From contig NC_087246.1 in NCBI RefSeq assembly GCF_037042905.1, positions 6,016,001 to 6,080,000 on the forward strand: a stretch of 64,000 nucleotides of DNA, given 5' to 3'. Positions within the stretch are counted from its first letter, which is position 1; every line of letters starts with the position of its first letter. The stretch is from Lytechinus pictus (taxonomy: Eukaryota). The notes beneath the pieces were generated by a model. The model was given only the letters and a program-made list of their open reading frames with translations. It had not been told where the DNA came from and did no database searches. Position numbers and translations under genes: made by a program. This document shows, in pieces, positions 27,454 to 39,400 of this stretch.

Positions 27454-30400
27454 GTAGGCAACACCCTGTAAATGAATAAATGGCATTTACTTAGTGACAG
27501 AATGTAGATGTAGATTTACACTCTTTAACCGTGTTAACTTAGGTACCGTAGGCATCTAACCCAGGGTCAGGGAGCTCCGGCCCGCGAAGCGGGCCGGAGC
27601 TCCCTTTGCCTTGGTTAGTAGGCATCTAGATCTAGTCAGGCTACTGCCGGGGGCTATTGCTAATAATATTGTACCTCAACTTCAAGCTTGATGTTCATGC
27701 AGGCTCCACCCCACTTCAGTGGGGTGGAGCCTGCACGAACATCGTGGATTACCAAATCTTTGTTAAACTCAATAAGAAAAATAAGCATGATATGATAAGA
27801 TGTATTACCAATAATCAATATAAAAAACAAAGTCAGCATTTTTGTATAGGAAATATTCCGCTTATAAAGTTATAGAAATACTTTAACTGCTACATTACGT
27901 AAAGCAAAAAAGCAATATTACTGTGCTCAATTCCATTTCCAAGCGACTTTTAATATTAATAATATTAAGGATACCTGGAAAGTGATCAGAAATGTTTTAA
28001 AACTAAGCACCACTTAATTAAGGTTTCAAAGATAAAACAGGTATAATCATAAATGATCAAGTTGTGGATGATAACACTTTAACAGTGTTATTGTAGAAGA
28101 GTTCAACAATTATTTTTGTAATTTTTATTGGTCCAAATTTACAGGCGGCTATTCCACCCTGTCAAAAAACCTGTGCTGACTTCTTGTCTGAGCCTACTTC
28201 GGAAAGTCAATCTTTTTTGCCTACAAGTGAGGAAGAGTTGACTGATGTGGTTAGATCTCTCAAAAGTAAAAAGAGCCCAGGCTGTGATAATATTAAAAAT
28301 GAACTTATTATACTGGTACATGTTATTGTAGGAATCTTGACACCTCTTACCCACATCTTTAATCTTTCAATGTCAAGTGGCATTGTGCCTAGAAGCATGA
28401 AAATTGCAAAAGTTGTGCCAATTTTTAAGAAAGGCAACCCTGAATTGTTGACCAATTATCGTCCAATTTATTTGTTGACATCTTTTTCAAAAATCCTTGA
28501 AAAACTCATACATGTATATGCAAGGGTCATACATTTCTTTAAAAAGTCAAATATCTTTTTGAATTTTCAATTTGGGTTTCGCGAGAAGCATACAACTACA
28601 CATGCCATTTTGCACTTTGTTGATAAGGTTGCCACTGCCTTGGATAATTACTTGAGCACAATTGGTATATTCTTGGATTTTTCCAAGGCTTTTGATACAG
28701 TTGATCATAAAATTTTGCTACATAAGTTATCCCATTATGGAGTGAGAGGTGTTGCCCTTGAGTGGTTTAGGAGTTATCTCACTGACAGGAGACAATTTGT
28801 ATCTTTGAATAGAATTAATTCCAGCTTGCAAACTGTTACATGTGGTGTACCTCAGGGGTCTCTTCTAGGACCTCTCTTATTCTTACTGTGTATAAATGAT
28901 TTTCAAAATTCATCAAACAAATTATCCTTTATTTTCTTTGCTGATGATGCTTGTGTATTTTTTTCACATAGGAATCCTCTAACCCTGATAGAAACAGTGA
29001 ATTGTGAATTGTGAATTGAAGAATGTTATCTTGTGGGTTCAAGCCAATAAATTATCACTTAATTTTCAAAAGACAAATTATATGCTTTTTATTTCCTTAA
29101 AAATGTTGCCTGGCAATGTAATGTTTAATAATGTCTGTCTTGAAAGAGTAACCTCAACTAAATTTCTTGGGTTATTTATTGATGAGAAATTGAACTGGAA
29201 ACTTCATGTAAATCATCTCTGCAAACTGTTGTAAAAAAATACTTGTGTTATATACAAGTTGAGATCAGTTTTCCCTAAAGAAATTGTATTTATATTATAT
29301 TCCTCATTAATTGTTCCTTACTTAAACTACGGTGTGCTTGCCTGGGGCAACTCACTTAAAACGCAATTGCAAAAATTATTCATTGTTCAGAAGAGAGCTA
29401 TTAGAAGTATATGTAATGTCAGTTATCGTGCCCATACAAATGTTTTATTTCATGACAATCACTTATTGAAAGTGGAAGATATTTACTTTATGCAGCTAGG
29501 ATCTCTTATGTATGATTTTGATTCAGGAAGTCTCCCTTCAGCCCTGGCACTGATATTTAAGAAAAATAGTCAAGTACACAATTACAATACTAGACAATCT
29601 TCCACTCTCCTTATATCTCGTGCAAGAACAAAGTTCACTTTGGGCACTCTAGTTTGCACTGGACCCAGGTTTTGGAATGCGCTTGACCCTGACATTACAC
29701 ATGCTGTCAGTTGTACAGTGTTTAAACGAAAATTGAAATCTTATTTACTGAGTAACTATGGAAGTGATTCGTAAAGCCTATTTTACGTGTGTTATTTATC
29801 AGTTAATGCTAAATTGTCAATACGTTTCATCCCCCCCCCCCTTTCCCGGGCCTGGCTGGTCTCTGTCCTCATGTCCCCTTTTTTGTCTCTTGTACATAAA
29901 TGTGTCCCTCTTCTCTCCCGCCTCTCTCTTTAGTTATCATATATTATTTTGCCATTTCTGTGTTGTTTATCCAATGTTCTTTGAATTCGTAATGAGGAAC
30001 CTAAATTTTAATACAAGCATTGCTTCACTTAGGTCTCCTCGTCTTCCCTGAAAATTATTTCTTTTCTGTCTTAAGCTGTATAATGTATTTAAAAACAATG
30101 TTTTCTGCATACTCTGTTTTATTTATACCTGTATGTTTATCATGTACTCTGCTTATTGTTTCATACACACTTGTATGTTTGTCATGTATTCAAACTCAAA
30201 GTTGGGAGACAAATAAAATGAACTTGAACTTATCACTTGAGGTATCGCTATTGTAATTGTAATACGACGCAAGATAATTGCCATAACCTTGTTCATTGAA
30301 TGAGTGGCTGGATCTGGATCTCGCAAGTCGATTCAGGAAGACCTGACACTAAGTCATTAACAACTAGGCCCATAGGTTTCCCCCGGGGGGGCCAGTCAAA

Positions 30401-33400
30401 TATATTGCTGTACACACCCGTGACCAAAAAAACGTGTTTAAAGGGGTGTTTTTTCAGTTTTGACGTGGTCCGCACGTGGACTCGTTAAGGGTATCAAAAA
30501 CACAGATTTTCAAGAAAAAGGGTGGTTTTGAAAGACTGGTCAATGGTCAATCGCGGGGTCAAACGTATTTAGAGTATGTTTTTTTCCCCCAAAGCTTTTT
30601 TTTTAAAGACTAGCCAAACGTGTTTAGGGTATGTTTTTTCCCCAAGCTTTTTCCTGGAGGTCATATTTTGGCGACAACTTGTTTAGGGGCCAAAATTGGT
30701 TTAAAAAAATCCCGCGAAAAACTTGTTTAGGGGGTACTTTTGCACACAGAAAAAAACTCATTTAGGGGGTGTTTGGAAATTACTTGGTCACGCGTGTGTA
30801 CAGCAATATATTTGACTGCCCCCCCCCCCCCCCGGGAGGTTTCCTATATATTGTATTATTTTTCTCACGATTTTAAAAATGTTTTTTATCATCATCTTTC
30901 ATCTCCATTCCATTCACTTACATGTCTTAGTCAATTTTTGTTTCCTCTTCTTCTTTCTCTTCTTTTCGGCACCCTTTATGAATTTCTATAGTATGTTTGA
31001 TATTTCAAATGACCGACAACTGGTTTTGTTGAAAATGTTGCTCATTCAGCTTCAATATGACTCAAATGGTTGAACAACTTGAAGAAATATGTAGTTTTTA
31101 CGAAAACAATGTGAGCAAATTTGTGTGATTGTTATGATATTCCTTATGTAAACTGTAGACCTCTGCTCTATCATACTGAAGAATTTCTTTTTGAAACGGC
31201 ATCAAACAGCACAATCATCTCTGCTTCACATAAATATGCATACTGTAGTATAATTTGTAAGAATTTTGACAAAATGTTTAGATTTATTGACAATATTAGT
31301 GCAGTGCAGTGGTAAGTAACACTTGGTGTCACTGCTCCCTCAAGACATAAATTTCCAGTGAAGCTGACAGTCCTGTCTTTTTACCATTTTAAGGTTACAA
31401 TCTTGTGACAATCAGACAAAATAATAATAATAATTGTGCATAATTCATATTGTGTTCCTATACTCAACTGCGCCTTACAATACTTATAAGACGAATTAGT
31501 TATCAAGATAAGGAAGCAAAAATATGATTAAGTTATAATTGCAGGAAAAAGTGAAAAGGGGCAGCCTACTGTCTCTACAAATAATATAACAAAAATTGAC
31601 TTATTTATTGAAACTCTTAAGAAAGGTAGGTTTTTAGTTTAGTTTTGAACAAGGTTAAAAACAGATAAAGTGTTTTTTATTATTCTTTTAAATATTCAGA
31701 TCATTGAAAAAGATGCAGATCCTGATACTACTCTTGATGTTTATCTTCGGACAAAGCGTATCCTTTTCATCAGTTTTAAATGCAAGATAGGCCTATATGT
31801 TGCTTAGCAGCTAGGATGGGCTAGGATTGGCTAATAAGTTCTGAAAACCCAATATTTACCTTCAATAATGCTGATTACATCTCCTCTACTTTTTTCATGA
31901 ATCAAAACTTGAAAATGTTTATGGTTCATACATGTAGGGTTTTGAATCTTCTGATCATTAAAAAATACAGGCTGTCACATGCATGCAAATATATTTGATG
32001 ATCAAATCTTCAGATATTCCCCAAATTTGTATAATTCAGCACTGAAGGTGATTTTTAATGTACAGGGTACTTTTAAATAATCAGATTCAATATGAATGAA
32101 AAAAAAAGAAAATTTAATTTCATCATCTTAGTTTTGACCATTGAAAATGGAAGATCAAGTTTTCACGTCAGAAGAACAAAGTCTGCCAATGTTTTAACAG
32201 TGCATATAAAAATCCTTTGACAAAAGCCATGTTATTATTAAATTTATCGACAATGTAATCCTGGGAAAATGTGCACTTAATCATGAATTGAGTACTTCAT
32301 CTTATTTTTTTAGGCCTTTATTGGTAATCCAAAATAAGAACCAAAAGGTTTCATTGCCATATTTTATGCACAGTTTCACAAACTTCTCCCCAGATAAATA
32401 TAGTATATTAAGCTATTTACAATTACATGTTATGATGATATGTTATGTTATGTGGAGCGTTGTGGCCCAGTGGATTAGTCTTTTGACTTTGAAACAGAGG
32501 GTCGTGGGTTCAAATCCCAGCCATGGCGTAATTTCCTTCAGCAAGAAATTTATCCGCACTGTGCTGCACTCAACCCTGGTGAGGTGAATGGGTACCGGGT
32601 AGGAAGAAATTCCTTGAATGCTTTGAGCGCCTAGGCAGCCCAGCTAAAGCCAGGTAACAACAATAGCAGGGCCCACTCGGTGAAAAGTTTTCAGAACTGA
32701 AGTGGCTTCCCTGAGTAAATATACCTATATTATTATTATTATATGTTTAAATGATTCGTTTTTAAATCATGATTAGAGAGCATGGAGATACATGTATTTT
32801 ATCCCTCAATGTTTTAGAGAGAATTCATCCATTTATCTTATGAAGCAATCTTCAATTTTGTTGTCACATGTCCTATGGTTGAGGCAAACAGACAATTATT
32901 TCAAAGTCAAAAGCTATTTTGACAAAGTGATTACATATTGATTTGGAGACAATGATATTCACGCAAACAGCAAGGGTAAAGTGTGATTAAATGACCCGGG
33001 GTGGTATTCAGGAACACTCATAACTTTTGTCATAAATTTTGTTATTTCTCTTCGAGATGTGACACCGCTATGATTGTCACAAATCGGTATTCTGAACATT
33101 GTCTTTTCTCTATCATATCTCTCTAGGTTCCCGCCCATCTTTTCAGAAGCAAACCAATCAAAATCATTGTTAGTTCCCAGTGGGAGCCCTTTTAACCAAT
33201 AGGAAGGTCCGGTGGCAGGCAGGGCGTATCCCCAATATGAGTATTGATGCGCCTAACTACAAAGAGAGACAGGGAGCTGTGAAGGATTTTAGAAGAGAAG
33301 TAGGAAAAGAGGGAAAACAGAGAAATACAGGAGGAATTGATATGTAGGGCCTAACTAATTGAAGCATGAAAAAATGTTTTTGAAAAATATCATGGATGAT

Positions 33401-36400
33401 GAGTAAAACTAATACTACAATATGCTTGACATTTAGTTGGCAGGGTTTCGGGATATTTGGTACTAAAAGATATGACAAAATTTATGACTGCTATCCCCCT
33501 GTCATAAATCTTTTGCTTCTAAATTGGGATTATGTGCATCTAAGAGCTGCATATGTTTGGTGCGCACTAAAGAGAAGAGACAAAATTTATGACAACTTTT
33601 GTGACAAGTTATGACATCCACCAGAATACCGACTTTGTCATATCTCTGAGAAAAGATAAAATATGGAGAAAAGACAATGTTCAGAATACCGCCCCCAGTG
33701 TCAGGTTGTGCTGCTGGTTTGCAATGGGATGTCATTTTGTGTATTCAAATGATTGGAGCTTTTATTATAATTCATTTGTGAATTTACAATCTTCCAATAT
33801 CATGAGAAGTGTTGTGTTCCAAGCCATGTTTTTAGCATTACCCTTTTATCCATACATTGAACCCAGGACTCCATTTTTGATGAAGAACTGCAGCTGGAGA
33901 TTCTTCTCTTTAGACACATTCATGATTCTGTAGTTTCAACTTTACAAAAAAATATAAAGCAGTGACCTTATGATAATCAATGAGGTCTTTGTCAGATATA
34001 AACAACTCATGGTACAAGGCTGTTTACTCTGATAGGTTGCCATAATTGCCTCATTAACATAGGAGTAATGAGAGCCTCACTCTCACAGATGGTAAATTTA
34101 ATAACGATGAATTAAAGAGAGCTTGATATCAGAGTGAGGCTCCCTTTAAAAAAAGATAACAGGTGGTCTGTTACAAGTGTTGAAGCCTTTGTTCAACTTG
34201 CTCTCGTTTCTTTATTTCTGCATTGATTGTGTTCATACTTAAAGGGGAAGTTCACCCTGACAAAAAGTTTATTGTAAAAATAGCAGAAAGAATAATAAAA
34301 AAATATTGCCGAAGGTTTGAGAAAAATTCATCAAATAATTAAAAAGTTATTAGAATTTCAATTATTTGATTTGTGACGTCATATGCGAGTGCAGCATTCC
34401 TACATAGCGAATGGTAAAAAATCAATGAAATGTCATTTTCTCAGAAAATTGGAAATGGTTTTTACTGTATCTTTTGTATATCAATAGACAAATCATTTCA
34501 CACCCGATCATGAATAGAAAACAAAATTAAGTCATCAGGAACCATATAAAATTTGAAATTCATGCATTTTATATTACATAACACATGGGGCAGCTGCTCG
34601 TTTATGACGTCACAAATCCCAAACTTTGAACTCTAATAACTTTCTTATTCTTTAACGGATTTTCCTCAAACCTTCACCAATATTTTTTACTATTTTTTCT
34701 GCTATTTTTACAACAAAGTTTTTTTCAGGGTGAACTTCCCCTTTAATCCTTGGGTAATACCTCATTTGTAGTGATGAAGATGGTGAGGTCGAAGGTCATC
34801 TTGGGGTCAAAAGGCCATGATGGAAGGCCATGTGTTTCATTTTTCATGTTATGACAGTGTTAATGATTTTGTTTAATTTGCTCAATCATTTCTCCATCAG
34901 TTGTGTTCGTACTTGGTACAAATGAACCTTGGGTAATACCACACTTGTGGTGAAAATGATGAGGTTAAAGGTCAAATGATGGGAGGCCATGCACACAACT
35001 TTTCTTGTTACGAAAAATATGTTAAATGTTTGATAAACTTGATCTCATTTATTTATTTCTGCATCAATTGTGTTTAATACTTTGTACAAATGATCCTTGG
35101 GTATTATACTGTGATGATGTTGGTGAGGTCAAAGGTCATCTAGGGACAAAATGTTAAATGAAAGAAATATGCATCATCATTTTCCTTTAAGTTTTGGTTG
35201 AACTTGCTCTCATTTATTTCTTCATCAATTGTGCTTGTACTACTACTTGTTACAAATGATCCTTGGGTTAATAGGCCTGAGTACATTTGTGGAATATAGC
35301 TACAAAGCTTACACCAAAGGCCATCTTGGGGTAAAAAGTCATTTTGCATGTTATATTGATTCTGAATTCCGGCGGGACTTGTGAACCACCTTTTTCAAAG
35401 TCAGGCATTAAACCTGTAGTTCAAATCAAGGTCACATGGGTCATAGTATTTGTAATGTAGACTGTGTATACATGTCTCATTGCATTCACATGGGTTCAAT
35501 CAAAGATAGGTTGTCTGCTTTACAGGCCAAGCCCATCCAGGGACGTATTACGGTGCTAGGAAGGATAGGAAACTCAATCACAATACATTCAGAAATCTAT
35601 AGGAATACAAGAACATCCCAATCATAATCATTGACAAAGCATTCCTCAGGGGTAGGATATTTCATGTGGCGTGCCGATAAACCCTTTGGAGCCGACTGGC
35701 TTCTGCAGAAGCGAAATATCAGTAGTTGATATTTTTTATTCTGGAAGCATTGTTTTTTATCAATTTCTTTTGTAAATTTCAACTTAGTTATGGACAACAA
35801 AAGGGAAGCCCTTCACAAGTTGTGATATTTTCATGCCAACATGATAAAAAGAATTTCATAACTACTTACAAAATTGACTTATTTCAGCATTTTCCGCTAA
35901 TTTAATGTGCTATTTTAGAGCTCATTCGTTATGAAAGATACTTAATTATGAACGTATTTTGTACAATAATTTATGCATGTTCTTGCATCGATCTGAGATA
36001 TTATAATATTGCCTGGCCAGAGGGGAACATCAAATACATTGCCCGCAATAGAATCATATTGGCCGGAGTCTTTAGACAAGGGCAATATGTTTCTTTAAAA
36101 AGAAAAGCCCGTAAATATTTTTATTATTATCCAAATCAGACATCTAGAGCAAAATTTGTGTAAAAAAAAATATTTTACTCTTTAAGAATGGGAATCTACA
36201 TTTATTTTGTCATATCGAGCAGATCAGGCCTCTGAACCTAACCCTTGTGACGTAATTGAATTATTGAAATGTCAGGTCCTTGGCCTGGAGACGTAATATC
36301 CAGCGTTGTCTCATCTTGATTAACATTATGACGTATATTGTTGCTGCGCGGTTCAACAGGATGCGTAGAATACCTGGATGTTAGCTCTTATTGTCTGCTA

Positions 36401-39400
36401 CATTCCCACACATTTTCTCATTGATTTTCCTGAGCGGGCAAAGTCGATCCTCAAAACAAGGGATATAAACTTTAATAATATAGAGAAAAATCAGAAGTAG
36501 CAGGTGTTTGATCTTCTTGGTTCCCTATTTACAATACTACCCAGGATATGCATATTACTTTTTTGTTTATAAATCAAAATAAACTTAACTTTAATCCGAT
36601 TTTTAGTTCTGCTTTTCTCATTGTTCTGTATCCATTTGAATTAACTCTTTGTTGAGGTGGCCTTATATTTTCCCTGGTCCCAGGGTGTTGACAGTTAATA
36701 CTTCCATCTTTCTTGGCCTTTATGCCAACCTTGTATAATTGTATATATGCCTTTTGCAGTCATACAGTGTTAACCGGAACTTCACTTGCTGAATAATTAT
36801 CATGAATATTTATTTAATTTGCTCAAATTTTACCATGTCCAATTGATAGAACGTGAGTTTCTCCCTGAAATTAGTGTGTGCTGTTGAAAGATTTTTGTGG
36901 GATAGAAATCTAAACTTGCTCTAGGATTATTTTTTAAATTTTGTCAATAGCCTATTCATATTGATTTGTTCTAAAATGATGCTTTTTTTACTTAATATAG
37001 AGTGTACTTGACTAAAGAGGTAGAAATGTTTAATTTTAGAGTTTATGTTAATATGCCATAATGAAAACATGTTTGTTTGAGAATGTTCTTACAGGGCAGC
37101 TGCCTTGAGAGTGAGAGTGAAATTATAAAGCAGTTCCTTAACGATATCCACACCAGTGAAGCTCCAGGGAACCAAACAAGGATGTGGTGTAGGGGCATGT
37201 GGGTCATGTACTGTGATGCTTTCATATGTACATCCACAAACAAAATCTATACGGTAAGAGCTGACATTATATTTGAGTTGATCATACCCAATCGATGTGA
37301 AATCTCTCTCTCCTATCTCAGTTTCCTTCCCTTCTCTCTTCTCATAATCAAAGGGCGAGTATGATGAAAAAAAATGATGAAAATCCATATTTTATTGTTC
37401 GAAATACACATGAAATGAAACACTCCGAAAATTTGCTTTTCCCAATTGATAATGGGCCCGGTAGCCGCTGTGCAGCGCCAGATAGATGAGGCTCTATCCC
37501 ATTAATTGAATGCCAAACAGGGTAGCAGCAACTTCCATCTTTTAACGTCTTTTGGTCTGACGCGGCCGGGGTTTGAACCCCCGACCTCCCGGTTGTGAGA
37601 CGGACGCTCTACCAACTGAGCCAACACACCGGTGCATTTTTCAATTCTTTCTAGTCTATAGTTCCCAGTTGGACTTATCTACTAATGGCTCCGTATGTAA
37701 ATTATATGAACTATGTGATTTTTTTAACTTTTTCACTATGCTATGCTTTATTCTGTCACGACATTGAGTGTAATTTGCTTTTCACAGTTGATATAGGAGT
37801 CCCAATATGGTTTGCTATGAGACACAATCTCTATGCTAATTGTTCCTTTTTCAAGGGCCAGATAATCCTTTACATCTATTTTCTTTGCAAGTCAGATTTA
37901 GTCAAGGAGTGAATGTGAATAAAGTTTTATTGTTTGCCAACATGATCAGGGGCCCATTTCATAAGAAGTTGCAACTGTTGTACTACCATGGTAACTTTGA
38001 TTTTGATTGGCTGCTGAGCCCAGTTGCAATGGTAGTTGCCATAATGGCAAAGTTACAACTGTTGTATTTAAACTCTTTATGAAACGGCCCCCAAATCATG
38101 ATATTGCCTTTGTTCTCTTTTGATATTCCTTCCTTTAAAAAAAATATCCACAGCAATGAATCCATTGTTTCTTGCCTGACACCAATTTGTGTTCTTCATG
38201 GCAAAGCAATCACTACAGTAGAAGGTATTGGAAGCTGCAGAGATAGGCTCCATGTTGTTCAGGTAATTATTTTTAAAGAACATGTAATACATACAGTGTA
38301 CATCAAGGAATCACTGAGTCAGTGGTGGCTCAAATTGGCATCCCACATATCACACACAAAATAAGGTACCTTGCATGTGAAGAACTTATTAGGTATAAAA
38401 CTATTTGAAATTAAGCTCACACATGGGTGTTGGTCCTGGTTTATGGTGAAGATATGCAAAACTTTTTTTTTCTCGGGGGGGGGGGGGGTAGAGAGAAAGA
38501 GAGTGGCATACAGACTGAGACACTCAGTGAGAGAAGGAGAGACAGAGAGGGGGAGAGAGAGATACAGACAGACAGACAAAGAAAGGGGAGGGGGAGACCA
38601 ATTAGAAAAAAACAAGATCAAGTGTGGTAACCTGATGCATCTGAATTTATCCATTTCTATTAGGTTTTATAATTTCATATTAAGTTAAACATTTTTTCAT
38701 TTTTCTTTCAATGAAATACATGTTTGTGATTGTAGGAGCGTCTTGCCAAGAGCCATGGTTCTCAATGTGGTTTCTGCAGTCCAGGAATGGTCATGTCCAT
38801 GTACACTCTACTACGGAACAATCCAAAGCCACAAGTCAAGGATATCCTCAGGTACCTTGAAGGCAACCTATGTCGTTGTACTGGATATAGACCAATCCTT
38901 GATGGATTTAAATCATTCTGTGGGGTAAGTTGAATGTGCAGAGGAAGGTGGAAACATTATCAGGGAATGATATCAAGATGAATTATGATACTGATGACCA
39001 ATTGACCGATGTGACTGTCCAGCTGAAAGCTCACAATAAGCTGACCAGGACAAATTTACAGAGTTTCTATTTTGTTTTAGTTCAACAAAAAGGCAGAACC
39101 TAAGCTCTAGCATCATGCACAACTTGTCAATATGATCAATGAAAGCGTGTTAATTACCGGACACAAATTTATTATTGAAAGTCTTCAAGGGGAGATCCAA
39201 CGAATAAAGAGAAAATGGTAATTGATATGGGATTCACCCAAGCATGAGATGTACATACATGTACTGGGCAAGATCTGTTGAAACTCTTAGCAAGTTTTAA
39301 AAGAAAGGATCTATTTATTGAAGATTTCATCTTTTGACAGGAGGTAAAGGAAGTGTTTCTCTATCACATATTATTTTTGAGGCCTTTCGACATCCCTTGT

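Larger units (their letters stand above)
31758..37156 (+). other. U12-type (minor spliceosome) GT-AG intron 2 of the XDH/AOX-like gene
   Basis: 5' site GTATCCTTT at 31758; branch site TTCCTTAAC at 37134-37142, about 15 nt before the CAG at 37154-37156; no polypyrimidine tract. Confidence 0.93.

Noticed and set aside
28184..29774. Active or domesticated reverse transcriptase (retron/DGR-like system)
   Set aside because: Ordinary CR1/L2-type LINE: 5'-truncated, no endonuclease or ORF1, with a frameshift and stop
32454..32530. tRNA gene
   Set aside because: A/B boxes are present but continue into a SINE body and (TAT)n tail with no convincing acceptor stem; the same applies to 37560-37632
38831..38860. 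Internal donor-like site CAG|GTACCT in XDH-like exon 5
   Set aside because: The reading frame continues directly into the essential GNLCRCTGY motif, so no intron is needed
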